Source of the DNA: a virus
Reading direction: 5' to 3' (one strand)
DNA length: 64,000 nt
Virus record (IMG/VR): IMGVR_UViG_3300030099_006533
Shown here piece after piece: positions 29,063 through 39,163 of the stretch. Under the pieces are notes generated by a model. It had not been told where the DNA came from. It saw only the letters and a list, made by a program, of their open reading frames with translations, and made no database searches. Every line of letters begins with the position of its first letter. Position 1 is the stretch's first letter. Both the position numbers and the translations under genes were made by a program.

Positions 29063-29950
29063 TTGTCAAGAAATAATGATGATCGATTGACGCCAACAAC
29101 CGGCGCAACACAAGATGCATCCACCGAAACTCCTACAGCAGCAACACATACTAATGAGACGGCTAACACTGCTTCGCCGTTTCAGTTTGTTGCGCCTACT
29201 GAGTTCGTGGAACTGCCCTCACGAGGTGAGTTTTACCCCGAAGGGCATGTACTAAGCGGAGTCGAAACAATTGAAATTCGACAAATGACGGCAAAAGATG
29301 AGGACATTCTAACGTCTAGAGCTTTACTAAAGAACGGTACTGCTCTCAACAGAATGATCAATAATCTAATTGTCGATAAACGAATTAACGCAAACAACAT
29401 GTTAGTTGGCGATAAGAACGCTATTATTGTTGCAGCACGGGCTTCAGGCTACGGCCCAGAGTACCTTACAAAAGTAACTTGTCCAAACTGTGCTGAAACG
29501 TCAACATGTGAGTTTGATTTGGGTGAAGTTACGAATACGGATCCTAACGCATATACTGAGTACGATGCGGTTACTAGAGAAGGTGCTCACTTTAATATTA
29601 CGCTTCCTGCGACCAACGCAACAGTCACTGTAAGAATGCTTACTGGAGCAGATGAGGAGCGAACTGCAAAGAATAACCGCATTCACAAGAAAGCGGGAGT
29701 CCAAGCTGGCACAACGCTAACAGGCCAGCTTCGAAGCTTTATTGTCGCTGTTAATGGCGATACAACACAAAAAAACATCGCGTATTTCGTAGATCACATG
29801 CCAGCAAGGGATTCTAGGTTTTTACGCACTATTTATAGGGTCATTACGCCAAATGTAGACATGGTTCAGCAGTTCATCTGCTCACACTGTGACTACGCTA
29901 CAGAAATGGAGGTGCCGTTTACTGCGGACTTTTTTTGGCCTGACCGATAA
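29063..29950 (+). CDS. Tail assembly chaperone / baseplate hub assembly protein (gp26-like)
   Basis: TTG start with GAGGTG SD; ELPSRG.FYP, MTAKDEDILTS, two CxxC pairs, terminal FFWP. Confidence 0.8.
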   Translation: MSRNNDDRLTPTTGATQDASTETPTAATHTNETANTASPFQFVAPTEFVELPSRGEFYPEGHVLSGVETIEIRQMTAKDEDILTSRALLKNGTALNRMINNLIVDKRINANNMLVGDKNAIIVAARASGYGPEYLTKVTCPNCAETSTCEFDLGEVTNTDPNAYTEYDAVTREGAHFNITLPATNATVTVRMLTGADEERTAKNNRIHKKAGVQAGTTLTGQLRSFIVAVNGDTTQKNIAYFVDHMPARDSRFLRTIYRVITPNVDMVQQFICSHCDYATEMEVPFTADFFWPDR

Positions 29951-29954
29951 TTAT

Positions 29955-30122
29955 ATGGAGCAAGTGTATGAGCAATTCTTCTTCCTGAAGTATAAGGGAG
30001 GGTGGAGTTTGACAGAAGCATACAGTTTACCCATCGGGCTCAGAACATGGTTTGTTGAAAGATTGGTAAAGCAAATAGAGGCCGAAGCAAAAGCTATTCA
30101 AGAAGCTGGTAAAGCAAGATGA
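29955..30122 (+). CDS. Short gp51-like chaperone extension (may be reached by frameshift from 29063)
   Basis: YEQFFFLKYKGGWSLTEAYSLPIGLRTWF; no SD before ATG 29955; frame open across the T7 run. Confidence 0.7.
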   Translation: MEQVYEQFFFLKYKGGWSLTEAYSLPIGLRTWFVERLVKQIEAEAKAIQEAGKAR

Positions 30123-30177
30123 ACGGTCTCTCCCCTCACACCTACCCTCACAGCTTTATCAAACATCAGCAAGCTTA

Positions 30178-30210
30178 AAAAGCCGGGAGTTCGCTCCCGG
30201 CTTTATTTTT
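30178..30210 (+). terminator. Rho-independent terminator
   Basis: AAAGCCGGGAG-TTCG-CTCCCGGCTTT followed by ATTTTT. Confidence 0.88.
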
Positions 30211-30217
30211 ATAAAAC

Positions 30218-30225
30218 ACTATTTA
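30218..30225 (+). promoter_or_regulatory. Putative late promoter motif ACTATTTA
   Basis: Directly after the terminator, upstream of the tape measure operon. Confidence 0.62.
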
Positions 30226-30251
30226 TTTTAGCAACAAGGTTATTACGCGCT

Positions 30252-30593
30252 ATGCAAGACTTAAATGAAGACAAATTAGAAGAGTTTGAAATCAATTTCG
30301 ATCACTTGAGAGACCCAGAACTACGAGAAAGCTTTTTGGCTTCTTTTGGTTACATGGTCAAGTCCTTATTGAAAGGGATGTTTGGCAATAGAGTGCCACA
30401 AACAAGAGTAATCGGAACAAAATCAGAAGTAGAGGCGTTTGCAAAAGCACTTGGCTCAGAGCGTAATTACTTGGCAACCTTACAGAACTATGGGCTAGAC
30501 AATCCCAGGGCAGTAAAGAACAAAGCGGTACTCAGAAAGAATGTATCTAGCTTTGAAAGGAAAACGGGTCTAAAATGGCCGTTTAAGGTATAG
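30252..30593 (+). CDS. Hypothetical protein preceding the tape measure
   Basis: 113-aa ORF after the late motif. Confidence 0.75.
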   Translation: MQDLNEDKLEEFEINFDHLRDPELRESFLASFGYMVKSLLKGMFGNRVPQTRVIGTKSEVEAFAKALGSERNYLATLQNYGLDNPRAVKNKAVLRKNVSSFERKTGLKWPFKV

Positions 30594-30599
30594 TGAGTT

Positions 30600-33074
30600 A
30601 TGGCAGATAAGTTTACCGAAAGAGATGTAGCTATCGTAAAAGAGCTTGAGTCTGTCGTGGAAAGCTTAAAGGAGGCTAGTGCCACCCTTGCAGAGAACTT
30701 TAAAAAAACCGCCGCATCAGCCTCAAAATTATCATCAGAAGAGCAAAAGCGATACGATATAAGCCAAAAAAACACCGATACGCTACAAACTGAGGCAGCC
30801 TTATATGAGTCAATTGGCCAAAAAGCTTCAGACATGCAGATCCGAGCGGATTACATGTACGATGCCGCTGAGCGCCGCTTGGAACTTCATCAAAGATTGT
30901 TGGCCGCCGACCGAGAGCGTCTGGAACTTCGATTAAAAAATGGCGAGATCATGGAGGAGATGTATGAACAGAAACTCCTGACGTTAAAAGCAAGCGAAGA
31001 TGTGCAGCTTCAAGAGCAGAAAAGGCTAACTCAATTAAAGGGCGCTAAGTCTGTTAACAAGGATATAGCTGATGGCATTATGAAAATGGCCGGCCTCTCA
31101 GATGAGTTATCTTTAGAAGGTAAGCTCCTGGCGGCCTTTGCTAACGGAGCAAGCCTTAAAGACATCCTAGGCGGCGTATACGGAAATTTGAAAAAAGCAG
31201 AATTTGGCACATTTGCTTTAGATGCTGCAAGCAAAAAATTGACTGGAGGCATCATTGCCCTTGCTACAGCCGCCTTCCACCAAGCATTAGCTTTGGATTC
31301 TGCTCAGTCAGACCTCGACAAACTTACAGGCGGTATGGGACGCTATAACCAAGTTGTGGAAGACGCATACCAGAACAATAAAGCTTACGGTGTCACTGTT
31401 GAGAATGCATCATCTGCTACAGCAAACTTATTCCGAAATACTAGTCAGTTTTCACTCATGAATCAAAAGACACAAGGCGAACTAATTGATACTGGCGCTT
31501 TGTTAGAACAAGCCGGAGTTAGCGCTGACGCTTTTTCGATGGGTCTAGAAGTATCTATGAAAGCCCTTGGGAACACGGCAGAACAAGCACGAGATACCCA
31601 GACTGACTTACTTAGATTCGCTCAAGAACTAGGAATGTCGCCACAAATGATGGCTGAAAGCTTTGCCGACGCCGGCCCAGTCCTCGCTAAATTCTCATAC
31701 AACGCAGAGCGCAATTTTAAAGACGTCGCGAAGGCTGCTAAGGCTACTGGTATGGAAATTAGTAGAATCTTAGATTATACACAGCAATTCGACACATTTG
31801 AAGGCGCCGCAGACAAAGTTGGCTCTCTTAATGCTATGCTTGGTGGCGACTTTGTAAATGCTATGGATCTTATGGCAGCCGAAAACCCAGCCGAGCGTAT
31901 GAGAATGATTACAGATGCTGTTAATGAGGCCGGTAAGAGCTTTGAAGATATGTCGTATTATGAAAAGATGGCCATTGCAGAAGCCGGCGGCTTTGCCGAT
32001 GTGCAAGAGCTTTCAAAAGCGCTTTCAGGAGACCTAGATACACTCAATGTTTCTACAGAACAGCAAGCTTTGGAGCAAGAGCGACTGGCAGAAATTGCCA
32101 GAACTAACCAAGATGTACAATCTCAGCTTGCTGCAGCTTTTGCAGCCATGGCTCCCGATCTTAAGTTTATTATTGATAAGGTTAGTAACGGACTCAATAA
32201 AGTGTTGCCAATATTAGCCAGACATGGTGGAAAAATAATCGTCATGCTTGGCGCCCTAAAAGTTGTTGCCATGGCCGCCCAGTTCGCCATGGCGCTAAAA
32301 ACGCTGGGATTAATATCAAATACAGCCGCACTAGGAGCAAACAGATTAGCAGGCCTTAAGAATATTGCTATGTTCGTCGCTGAGAAGGTCGCAATCGGTC
32401 TTTCGACTGCTGGTTATATATTGTATGCTGGTGCTCTAGGTACTGTAACGTTGGCCAAATTCGCCCTCGCCGGCGCAGCAAAGCTTTTGGGCATGGTCAT
32501 GGCTGCCAACCCGATTGGCTTAGCTATTGTCGGAATCCTTGCCGTTGGTGCTGCGATTTACGCGCTTGTTAACGGGTGGGAAAAAACAGTAGATATGATG
32601 AAGACCATTGGAATAAGGCTCTTTCAAGTAATTACTTTTCCTATGAGGGCTGCTGTTGCATCCGTCATCGGCGGCTTCAACCTCATTATTAGAGGTATGA
32701 ACAAGATCCCCGGGGTCAATATTCCGATTATTCCCAACCTTAGCGGTGCCATGGCAGCAGGAATTCCCATGTTATCAAATGGAGCAAACGGACTGCCCCA
32801 GGACATGATGACGATCACAGGCGACGGCCCAGGCGGTAAAGGTGAAGTTACTACACTACCACAAGGGGCATCAGTGGCTCCCGCTAATACGAATTCTCCC
32901 GCAGTCGAGATGACCCGGGTTATTACAGCCGCTCATCAGATGGGACGTACCGAGAAAGGCATGGGAGGCGGCCAGCCTGTTCAAATCACGTCTGTCTTAC
33001 AGCTAGACAAGAGGGTCTTGGCAACAGCCACTGAGGAAACTGTGATTGGGCTATTGGATCCCGCGCAGGGATAG
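30600..33074 (+). CDS. Tape measure protein
   Basis: 824 aa, Ala-rich helical, C-terminal hydrophobic stretch with MAANPIGLAIVGILAVGAAIYAL; position after tube and chaperone. Confidence 0.85.
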   Translation: MADKFTERDVAIVKELESVVESLKEASATLAENFKKTAASASKLSSEEQKRYDISQKNTDTLQTEAALYESIGQKASDMQIRADYMYDAAERRLELHQRLLAADRERLELRLKNGEIMEEMYEQKLLTLKASEDVQLQEQKRLTQLKGAKSVNKDIADGIMKMAGLSDELSLEGKLLAAFANGASLKDILGGVYGNLKKAEFGTFALDAASKKLTGGIIALATAAFHQALALDSAQSDLDKLTGGMGRYNQVVEDAYQNNKAYGVTVENASSATANLFRNTSQFSLMNQKTQGELIDTGALLEQAGVSADAFSMGLEVSMKALGNTAEQARDTQTDLLRFAQELGMSPQMMAESFADAGPVLAKFSYNAERNFKDVAKAAKATGMEISRILDYTQQFDTFEGAADKVGSLNAMLGGDFVNAMDLMAAENPAERMRMITDAVNEAGKSFEDMSYYEKMAIAEAGGFADVQELSKALSGDLDTLNVSTEQQALEQERLAEIARTNQDVQSQLAAAFAAMAPDLKFIIDKVSNGLNKVLPILARHGGKIIVMLGALKVVAMAAQFAMALKTLGLISNTAALGANRLAGLKNIAMFVAEKVAIGLSTAGYILYAGALGTVTLAKFALAGAAKLLGMVMAANPIGLAIVGILAVGAAIYALVNGWEKTVDMMKTIGIRLFQVITFPMRAAVASVIGGFNLIIRGMNKIPGVNIPIIPNLSGAMAAGIPMLSNGANGLPQDMMTITGDGPGGKGEVTTLPQGASVAPANTNSPAVEMTRVITAAHQMGRTEKGMGGGQPVQITSVLQLDKRVLATATEETVIGLLDPAQG

Positions 33075-33085
33075 GAGGGTAGAAG

Positions 33086-33925
33086 ATGGGCTTTATAGAC
33101 AAATTAAACGATCAGCTAAGGGGACGAGACAGCCTATTTGATGAAAATGAAGGTAAGTTTGACGATAGAACCGAAATTTATGCTAATGGTAATAAACTAT
33201 TTTTAGAATTTTATCACCTACCCTCCGATAAATCTGTTGCATTTAAAGGCTATATTACCTCGTGGTCAGATAAATTCGAATCTAGATACAATGCTGAAAC
33301 GGTATACGGCCGAAACGACGATATTCACACTTTTGAAGGCACTACAAGAAGCATATCACTTAGTTGGGATGTGGTTGCTGGTAGTTACGAAGAAGCAAGA
33401 AATAATCTTGCGCGCGTCTCGATGCTGGCCCAGTTTTTGTACCCCGCTTACAAAATGAAGACTTTCAATTTTTCAAACTCTACCGGAGCCCCACAAGACC
33501 TCAAGGTTGGAACGATGACAAAAGCGCCGCTAATCAAAGTCAGATTTGCAAACTTGGTCATGGATGCTAGAGGTTCAGTAAATAGTGTGGATGCGAAAGA
33601 TACTGGCTTATTGGCTGCTTTGGATGGCCTCACAGTTGAGGCAGATTTAGAAGCTGGCGTGTTCGACAGCGCCGGCCTTGCGACCCCAAAGGTGTTCAAG
33701 TTATCTGCCAACTTGTCAGTATTGCACGAGCACACTCTTGGGTGGGACAACGATTCCAAGGTGTGGCTAGGAACAAGCGAGAACGCCGGCGCTTACCCAT
33801 ATAATGCTTTTGGTCCCCAGAGCTATGAAGGTGGCTCTAGCACAGCCGCCCCGACTGCAGGTGGCAGTTCCACTCCCGCCCCGACCCCTTCGGGAGCTAC
33901 CCCGCCAACATCCAGCACACCATAG
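33086..33925 (+). CDS. Baseplate tube-initiator-like protein (gp48/gp54-like)
   Basis: VAFKGYITSWSD...YGRND.I.TFEGTTRSISLSW; follows the TMP. Confidence 0.65.
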   Translation: MGFIDKLNDQLRGRDSLFDENEGKFDDRTEIYANGNKLFLEFYHLPSDKSVAFKGYITSWSDKFESRYNAETVYGRNDDIHTFEGTTRSISLSWDVVAGSYEEARNNLARVSMLAQFLYPAYKMKTFNFSNSTGAPQDLKVGTMTKAPLIKVRFANLVMDARGSVNSVDAKDTGLLAALDGLTVEADLEAGVFDSAGLATPKVFKLSANLSVLHEHTLGWDNDSKVWLGTSENAGAYPYNAFGPQSYEGGSSTAAPTAGGSSTPAPTPSGATPPTSSTP

Positions 33926-33934
33926 GTATAAATT

Positions 33935-34279
33935 ATGAGCAGCAGATATCACGGAAAAAATAAAAAGACTACTGATTTGACGACTCATAAGGAGTTGTTA
34001 GAGCGCCGCGCCACCACAAAAATTAACCACTTTGAAACGCCGAAACTGAACCACCCAACTCCCGAGCAAAGAGAGCAGATGACGCAATCTGTACATGTGT
34101 GGAAAGAGGGTGACCGATTTTTCAAATTAGCCCACCATCACTACGGTGATTCAAAATATTGGTGGGTAATTGCATGGTGGAACTTGAGGCCTACAGAAGC
34201 CCACGTTAAAATCGGAGAAGTGCTTCGAATCCCGGGCCCCCTTGGTCAAGTGATGAGTATTCTGAAGAGGAAGATTTAA
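33935..34279 (+). CDS. LysM-like baseplate wedge protein (gp53/tail X-like)
   Basis: HVWKEGDRFFKLAHHHYGDSKYWWVIAWWN...IGEVLRIP. Confidence 0.75.
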   Translation: MSSRYHGKNKKTTDLTTHKELLERRATTKINHFETPKLNHPTPEQREQMTQSVHVWKEGDRFFKLAHHHYGDSKYWWVIAWWNLRPTEAHVKIGEVLRIPGPLGQVMSILKRKI

Positions 34280-34280
34280 A

Positions 34281-37200
34281 ATGGCATTACCTCCAAAGCC
34301 AACGCCAATAAGGTGGACTCCATCGCAGGAGATCGTAGATGCTGTTAATAAAATAACCTTATATGTACCAAATGCTGAAGGTGAGATAGTTCCAGTTGAA
34401 GGAGATATCTCTCCTCCGTACACAGCTGAACAAATCGGAGAAATCTCAGCTCAGGCTTTGATAACTGCCCTTGGTTTTGATGAAGAATTTGGTGAAGCCA
34501 GCAAAGACTTTGATGCGGATCCTGGGCCTGCAATTACCCCCTGGGAGTACAAGAGTGTTAACGATGAACTCCGTGACGGCAACGATCTATCATCAGATCT
34601 ATACAGGTGGCTAGCCTCCGGCGCCTCAAGCGGGCAGGTTACCCACCAGAACGGCGATGGCAGCAAAGAAGTTACTTTAGACAACCAAGACTGGCTTGAC
34701 GAAGATAATGGAACCAGGGGCATACTTGGCGCCCCCGACACTTTTCAAATTCCTCGCAGTGTGCAAAACGAGTATATGATCAATGATGGGCGCACTATGG
34801 GATATACAAATCGTTGGCTCGATGACTATAGGGCCGATTCAGAAGGTAACCTCATGTCCCTTGCTACTCACGGTGCATTTAGTATGGTCAAGGCAGGAAC
34901 TCAATCTTCCGGCATGGATAAAATAGACGTATCAAGCATACCTGCATATGTGCCATATTTCGTGTCTAACGGCGGCCGCGCTACCTACCTAGCTGGCACT
35001 GGACCCACTTATACTCTGGCTGAGTATTACCACCAAACACAGGTTGACAGCGCCTTTCTTCAACTGCGAGCTACTAAGATCTTTACTGCAATTAGGGCAG
35101 TTAGGGCGGCCTACCAAGAGGATGCCGAGGGTGCCCAAGAGATCAGCAACCAGCGCGCTGAACTAGAGGCCTTACGACAACGACAAAACTCAACCGATCC
35201 TGAAGATGCTTTATCTGCCGAAGAACAGGCGCGCCTAAGAGCCCTGGAGGCCGGCCTTGGAGACCTGTCCGATGTGGCTGCGCAAAATAACTTTATTGCA
35301 GATCAGGCACGCGGCGGCGAAGACTATGCAAGCGAATTTCGCTCAAAAGAGCAGTGCTTTTTATTGACAAAGATCATTTCTCTAGCACAAGCCAACATGT
35401 CGAGAAGGGCAGTGTATGATACGGAGTCCGAAGGCCCCAAAGCTTATGCTGTGCAAGGCACCCCCGGTCAGATTGTGAGTCAGCTAACTTATGATCCGAG
35501 TTATTCGGCATTTTACATGATTCCACCGTCCAGGCTATCTTATCTGGTACCAGCCGTAAAGTTTTATCAGGTTTTGCACCAATATTACGGCCGGCCAAAC
35601 GCTGCCGGTGAAAGGGAAACGGTTGACTTAGCTAAGCCAGTAGATTTTGAAGTTCCCTTCTTTCAACACATTACAAATCATTCAGTTGAACAGATTATGT
35701 CGGGAATGTACGGTGGTAAAGGCGGCGGAGTTGGCTTAAAATCATTTGAGTGGACCTATCAGGGCTCGAATCCCGCTTCGTCAAGAAGAGATATTAAGGC
35801 AAAACTAGTTTTACATGCTCAGTCTTTCACAGATCTCCTAGAGGAACATAGAACCTCTCTGACAGACTCTGAGGGTGAAGCATTTCAGCATGCTTTTAAC
35901 TATACAGATTTGGCCATTAGAAGAAATCGCGACCACTTACAGGCACCAGACGTTCTATATCAGCAATTGAAAGTTGTTGTAGGTTGGTCTTTACCTGAAG
36001 CTACGACAGAAAGCTTACAGTTTACTCCTGATGAAGTCGCCGCAATTAGAAACTCGCGTGTGACCATGTATCTGACAATTATCGATCATTCATTTGATAT
36101 TGCCGACAATGGAACTGTTGATTTTACGATTGAATATCGAGCATGGGTTGAAGGGGCCTTTACGTCACCAGAATCAAACATTTTAATTAATGAAAACTTG
36201 ATGAGAAGAAATGCCGAGCGAGAAGAGGCTATGCGGTTAATGAGAGAAGACCTTTCTGCTGGCTCTGATGCTACATGTACAGATGAAGACATGGCTGAGC
36301 TTCGAAGAAGAATAACAAATTCGATTCAGCTTGACAAAGCAGACGCACACGTTTCTTTGATTGAGGGCCTGGAGAGTAACAAGCCACACTCCCGCGTATT
36401 TAGATATAGGGTGCCTGTTGCAGAGGTGGTTAGCTATATTAGAAGTCCAAATTTCGCAATGTCCCCCACGCCATACCAGTCAAATGTGCCCGATGCAGAT
36501 TTGACGTCTACTACCGGAGTGGCCGCGGACTTGAAATCACAAATTAATTTCCCAACTAGCGTGGACTTTAACAATTCAGAGAACAACCCAACAGTTGAGA
36601 AGATTATGGAAAATGTTTACACAAGAGCCGCCGGCGGCGATCTAAACATACCATATTTCTTCCTTGGAGATATTGTTAATGTTGCTCTAGAAAACATTAA
36701 CAAAGTAGACCTACAATCTAGTGGTGGCGTAGATGCTCTTCGTAGATTTAATAAAATGAGAGTTTTGTTAGGCCCCGTGGAAATTAGAGATCCAGAAGGG
36801 CAACAAAGCACCCCAATGCAAATCAACATGGCAGATATTCCTATTTCTGTAAATTACTTTATGGAGTGGTTTATGGGCAAGATTATTTCTAAACAGAAGG
36901 TGTCATGGTTCTTATTAGAATTTATTAAAGATTTAACAAAAGATCTTGTGCTAAGAACACTGACTTCAGAGGACTGCTTCGGCGGCGCCCATCGTCAAAG
37001 AGCTAAATTCACCAACTTGTATCTTGTGGGCTCTGAAAATAGTGGCCAAGATCCGATTGGCGCCTTAATCGCATCGAAGGCCGGAAATAGCAATTCACCA
37101 ACGGGTCAATCTAAGCGCTTTTTTATTGATGAGTTTTCGGGAGTTGGCTCTAACATGCCAATTTTGGCTCAAGACGCAGAAGATGAGGAAAAGCCCACAG

Positions 37201-37829
37201 AAGGAATGTACCACTATGTGTTATGCTACGCCTCAGATCCAGTGCCTCGCCAGTTAAATGGTGATTTCACAAAAGACGTTAAAAAGGGAGTTTTTCACTT
37301 TCACATTGGTACCAACAAGGGTATTGTAAAACGAATTCGATTTTCAAAAACAGATCAGCCTTATTTACGAGAGGCTAGATATTTTGGCCAAGGGTATTCT
37401 GGTATCTCGCAGCTAAGAGAGCCGTATAAGGTAAGTATTGAGATGTATGGCAACTCTAAGGTATTCCCAGGACAAACTATTTTTGTGGATCCTGCTGGAT
37501 TGGGATACGCACTGGGTAGACCAAATGAAGAAGGCTCATATGCTCATTTATTGGGTTTAGGCGGCTATCACATGGTAATCAACGTAAAGAACGTCATCGA
37601 AAAGGGCAAGTACGACACAACAGCAGAGTGTGTATGGGTCTACCGAGGCTCCCCAGCCGGAGAGATCACTACCGGTCCCGATCCGACCACTCCGGTTAGA
37701 GCCTCGACCGAGTGTCAGGTCTGGAGTCAGGTCGGAGATGAACTTCAGGTTCACAGCGGCTATACGCCCCCGCCTGCAGGCGAAGCGCCCGTACCAACAG
37801 CAACAGATACATCGGGGGATGATACATAA
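34281..37829 (+). CDS. Large baseplate hub protein (gp27/gpD-like C-terminus)
   Basis: 1182 aa; C-terminal EPYKVSIEMYGNSKVFPGQTIFVDP...GGYHMVINV...KYDTTAEC. Confidence 0.6.
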   Translation: MALPPKPTPIRWTPSQEIVDAVNKITLYVPNAEGEIVPVEGDISPPYTAEQIGEISAQALITALGFDEEFGEASKDFDADPGPAITPWEYKSVNDELRDGNDLSSDLYRWLASGASSGQVTHQNGDGSKEVTLDNQDWLDEDNGTRGILGAPDTFQIPRSVQNEYMINDGRTMGYTNRWLDDYRADSEGNLMSLATHGAFSMVKAGTQSSGMDKIDVSSIPAYVPYFVSNGGRATYLAGTGPTYTLAEYYHQTQVDSAFLQLRATKIFTAIRAVRAAYQEDAEGAQEISNQRAELEALRQRQNSTDPEDALSAEEQARLRALEAGLGDLSDVAAQNNFIADQARGGEDYASEFRSKEQCFLLTKIISLAQANMSRRAVYDTESEGPKAYAVQGTPGQIVSQLTYDPSYSAFYMIPPSRLSYLVPAVKFYQVLHQYYGRPNAAGERETVDLAKPVDFEVPFFQHITNHSVEQIMSGMYGGKGGGVGLKSFEWTYQGSNPASSRRDIKAKLVLHAQSFTDLLEEHRTSLTDSEGEAFQHAFNYTDLAIRRNRDHLQAPDVLYQQLKVVVGWSLPEATTESLQFTPDEVAAIRNSRVTMYLTIIDHSFDIADNGTVDFTIEYRAWVEGAFTSPESNILINENLMRRNAEREEAMRLMREDLSAGSDATCTDEDMAELRRRITNSIQLDKADAHVSLIEGLESNKPHSRVFRYRVPVAEVVSYIRSPNFAMSPTPYQSNVPDADLTSTTGVAADLKSQINFPTSVDFNNSENNPTVEKIMENVYTRAAGGDLNIPYFFLGDIVNVALENINKVDLQSSGGVDALRRFNKMRVLLGPVEIRDPEGQQSTPMQINMADIPISVNYFMEWFMGKIISKQKVSWFLLEFIKDLTKDLVLRTLTSEDCFGGAHRQRAKFTNLYLVGSENSGQDPIGALIASKAGNSNSPTGQSKRFFIDEFSGVGSNMPILAQDAEDEEKPTEGMYHYVLCYASDPVPRQLNGDFTKDVKKGVFHFHIGTNKGIVKRIRFSKTDQPYLREARYFGQGYSGISQLREPYKVSIEMYGNSKVFPGQTIFVDPAGLGYALGRPNEEGSYAHLLGLGGYHMVINVKNVIEKGKYDTTAECVWVYRGSPAGEITTGPDPTTPVRASTECQVWSQVGDELQVHSGYTPPPAGEAPVPTATDTSGDDT

Positions 37830-39112
37830 TGGAAGTTCGTGGAATAGACCCAACAACTAGAGAGTATAAGGGCAAAAACAAGCTGTCCACTCTGGCCTTA
37901 TTTTATTATCGCACACTTTATTCTGCCACTTTTACAACTGGCGGACTCCGCGACATCAAAAAAAGTGTTCGTAATTTTGATTATGGAGAGAGAATTTTTT
38001 ATGGTCGTGTAAACCATGAAATGGCCCCAATTATGCCAAAAGAAGAGTTTTTGGTAATGGCCACATCTTTGCGCGCAGACAAGGTTGTTAAAGTTATGAA
38101 TTTCGTAGCCAAAGCCTTTGAAGACTTCCAAAACGCGTTCTTCGTCGCTACTGAAAAAAAGCAAATTAGTTTAGACGAAGGTTTTATGTCCCGCCCAGCC
38201 CCGCTGAAGGGCTTCGAATCCGCGGTCGCCAGCTATGGCGAGTATCGCCGGGCGCTGTACGAATTATTTGTAGAGAAGTTAAAGAAAGACAAGCAAAAAG
38301 AGATTTATATCAGAGACTTTGACTCATTTGTTCCGTATCTTGACAGTTTTATCGAAGATATCGCATCAGTGGCACCATTCACATTCAGCGCCTATATGCG
38401 AAGCAAATATGCTTCACCGCATACAACAGGGCTGGTCATTGATTTAGCTGAATTTAATGCCTCCAAGGATGAAAAGAAGGTCGCCCGAGTTTACAACAAT
38501 CAGAATTATCCATTTTATGAAAACATGGCAATGCAGTTCGGATTCAGCATTGACAAGAACGTGCCATATAGATTGGTCGCAGATTTGAACTCGCCTGCCA
38601 TGATCAGATATATGAAACAGTTTGGATTCAACGATCATATAGATGTGTTTAGAACTTGCTATCAGTTGACATGTATCAAAGATTATAATGTTTTTAAGTC
38701 TTTATATACAACATATTACAATTCTTATGTGTCTTTCAACCGTTCTGTGTCTGTCCCGAGGATGAGGAAAGATGGAAAGTACACTCCAAAAAATATTTTT
38801 AGAGAACCTAAAGATCTTGTTTCGATTAATGTAGAATATGGAGAAAAGTGGTTTTTGGAAAAATACATGAAAATTCGAAATGCGGAAGAGGGCGGAAAGT
38901 ACACACCAGAAAGAATGAAGCAATTAGCAGATCGTGCCAATCGTATCAGTAAGGTGCGTACGAAAGAGCATGCTTTGGTTTTGGTAGATCAACAGTTTAG
39001 AGATGTGTCACATATGCCAGGGTCGGTAAACCACATACAGAAAAACTTTGAAAAAAGAAAACAAAGAAATGGCCAGCCATCCATGACAGCCTCTCACGAG
39101 ACAAAATATTAA
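37829..39112 (+). CDS. Hypothetical protein ending the tail module
   Basis: 427-aa ORF coupled by TAATG overlap. Confidence 0.75.
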   Translation: MEVRGIDPTTREYKGKNKLSTLALFYYRTLYSATFTTGGLRDIKKSVRNFDYGERIFYGRVNHEMAPIMPKEEFLVMATSLRADKVVKVMNFVAKAFEDFQNAFFVATEKKQISLDEGFMSRPAPLKGFESAVASYGEYRRALYELFVEKLKKDKQKEIYIRDFDSFVPYLDSFIEDIASVAPFTFSAYMRSKYASPHTTGLVIDLAEFNASKDEKKVARVYNNQNYPFYENMAMQFGFSIDKNVPYRLVADLNSPAMIRYMKQFGFNDHIDVFRTCYQLTCIKDYNVFKSLYTTYYNSYVSFNRSVSVPRMRKDGKYTPKNIFREPKDLVSINVEYGEKWFLEKYMKIRNAEEGGKYTPERMKQLADRANRISKVRTKEHALVLVDQQFRDVSHMPGSVNHIQKNFEKRKQRNGQPSMTASHETKY

Positions 39113-39119
39113 AAAAAGC

Positions 39120-39148
39120 TTGACAACTTTGTTGCTTCCGGTTATTCT
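39120..39148 (+). promoter_or_regulatory. Sigma70-type early promoter
   Basis: TTGACA-17 nt-TATTCT upstream of the polymerase-like gene. Confidence 0.7.
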
Positions 39149-39163
39149 CTAAATCAAAGGTAG

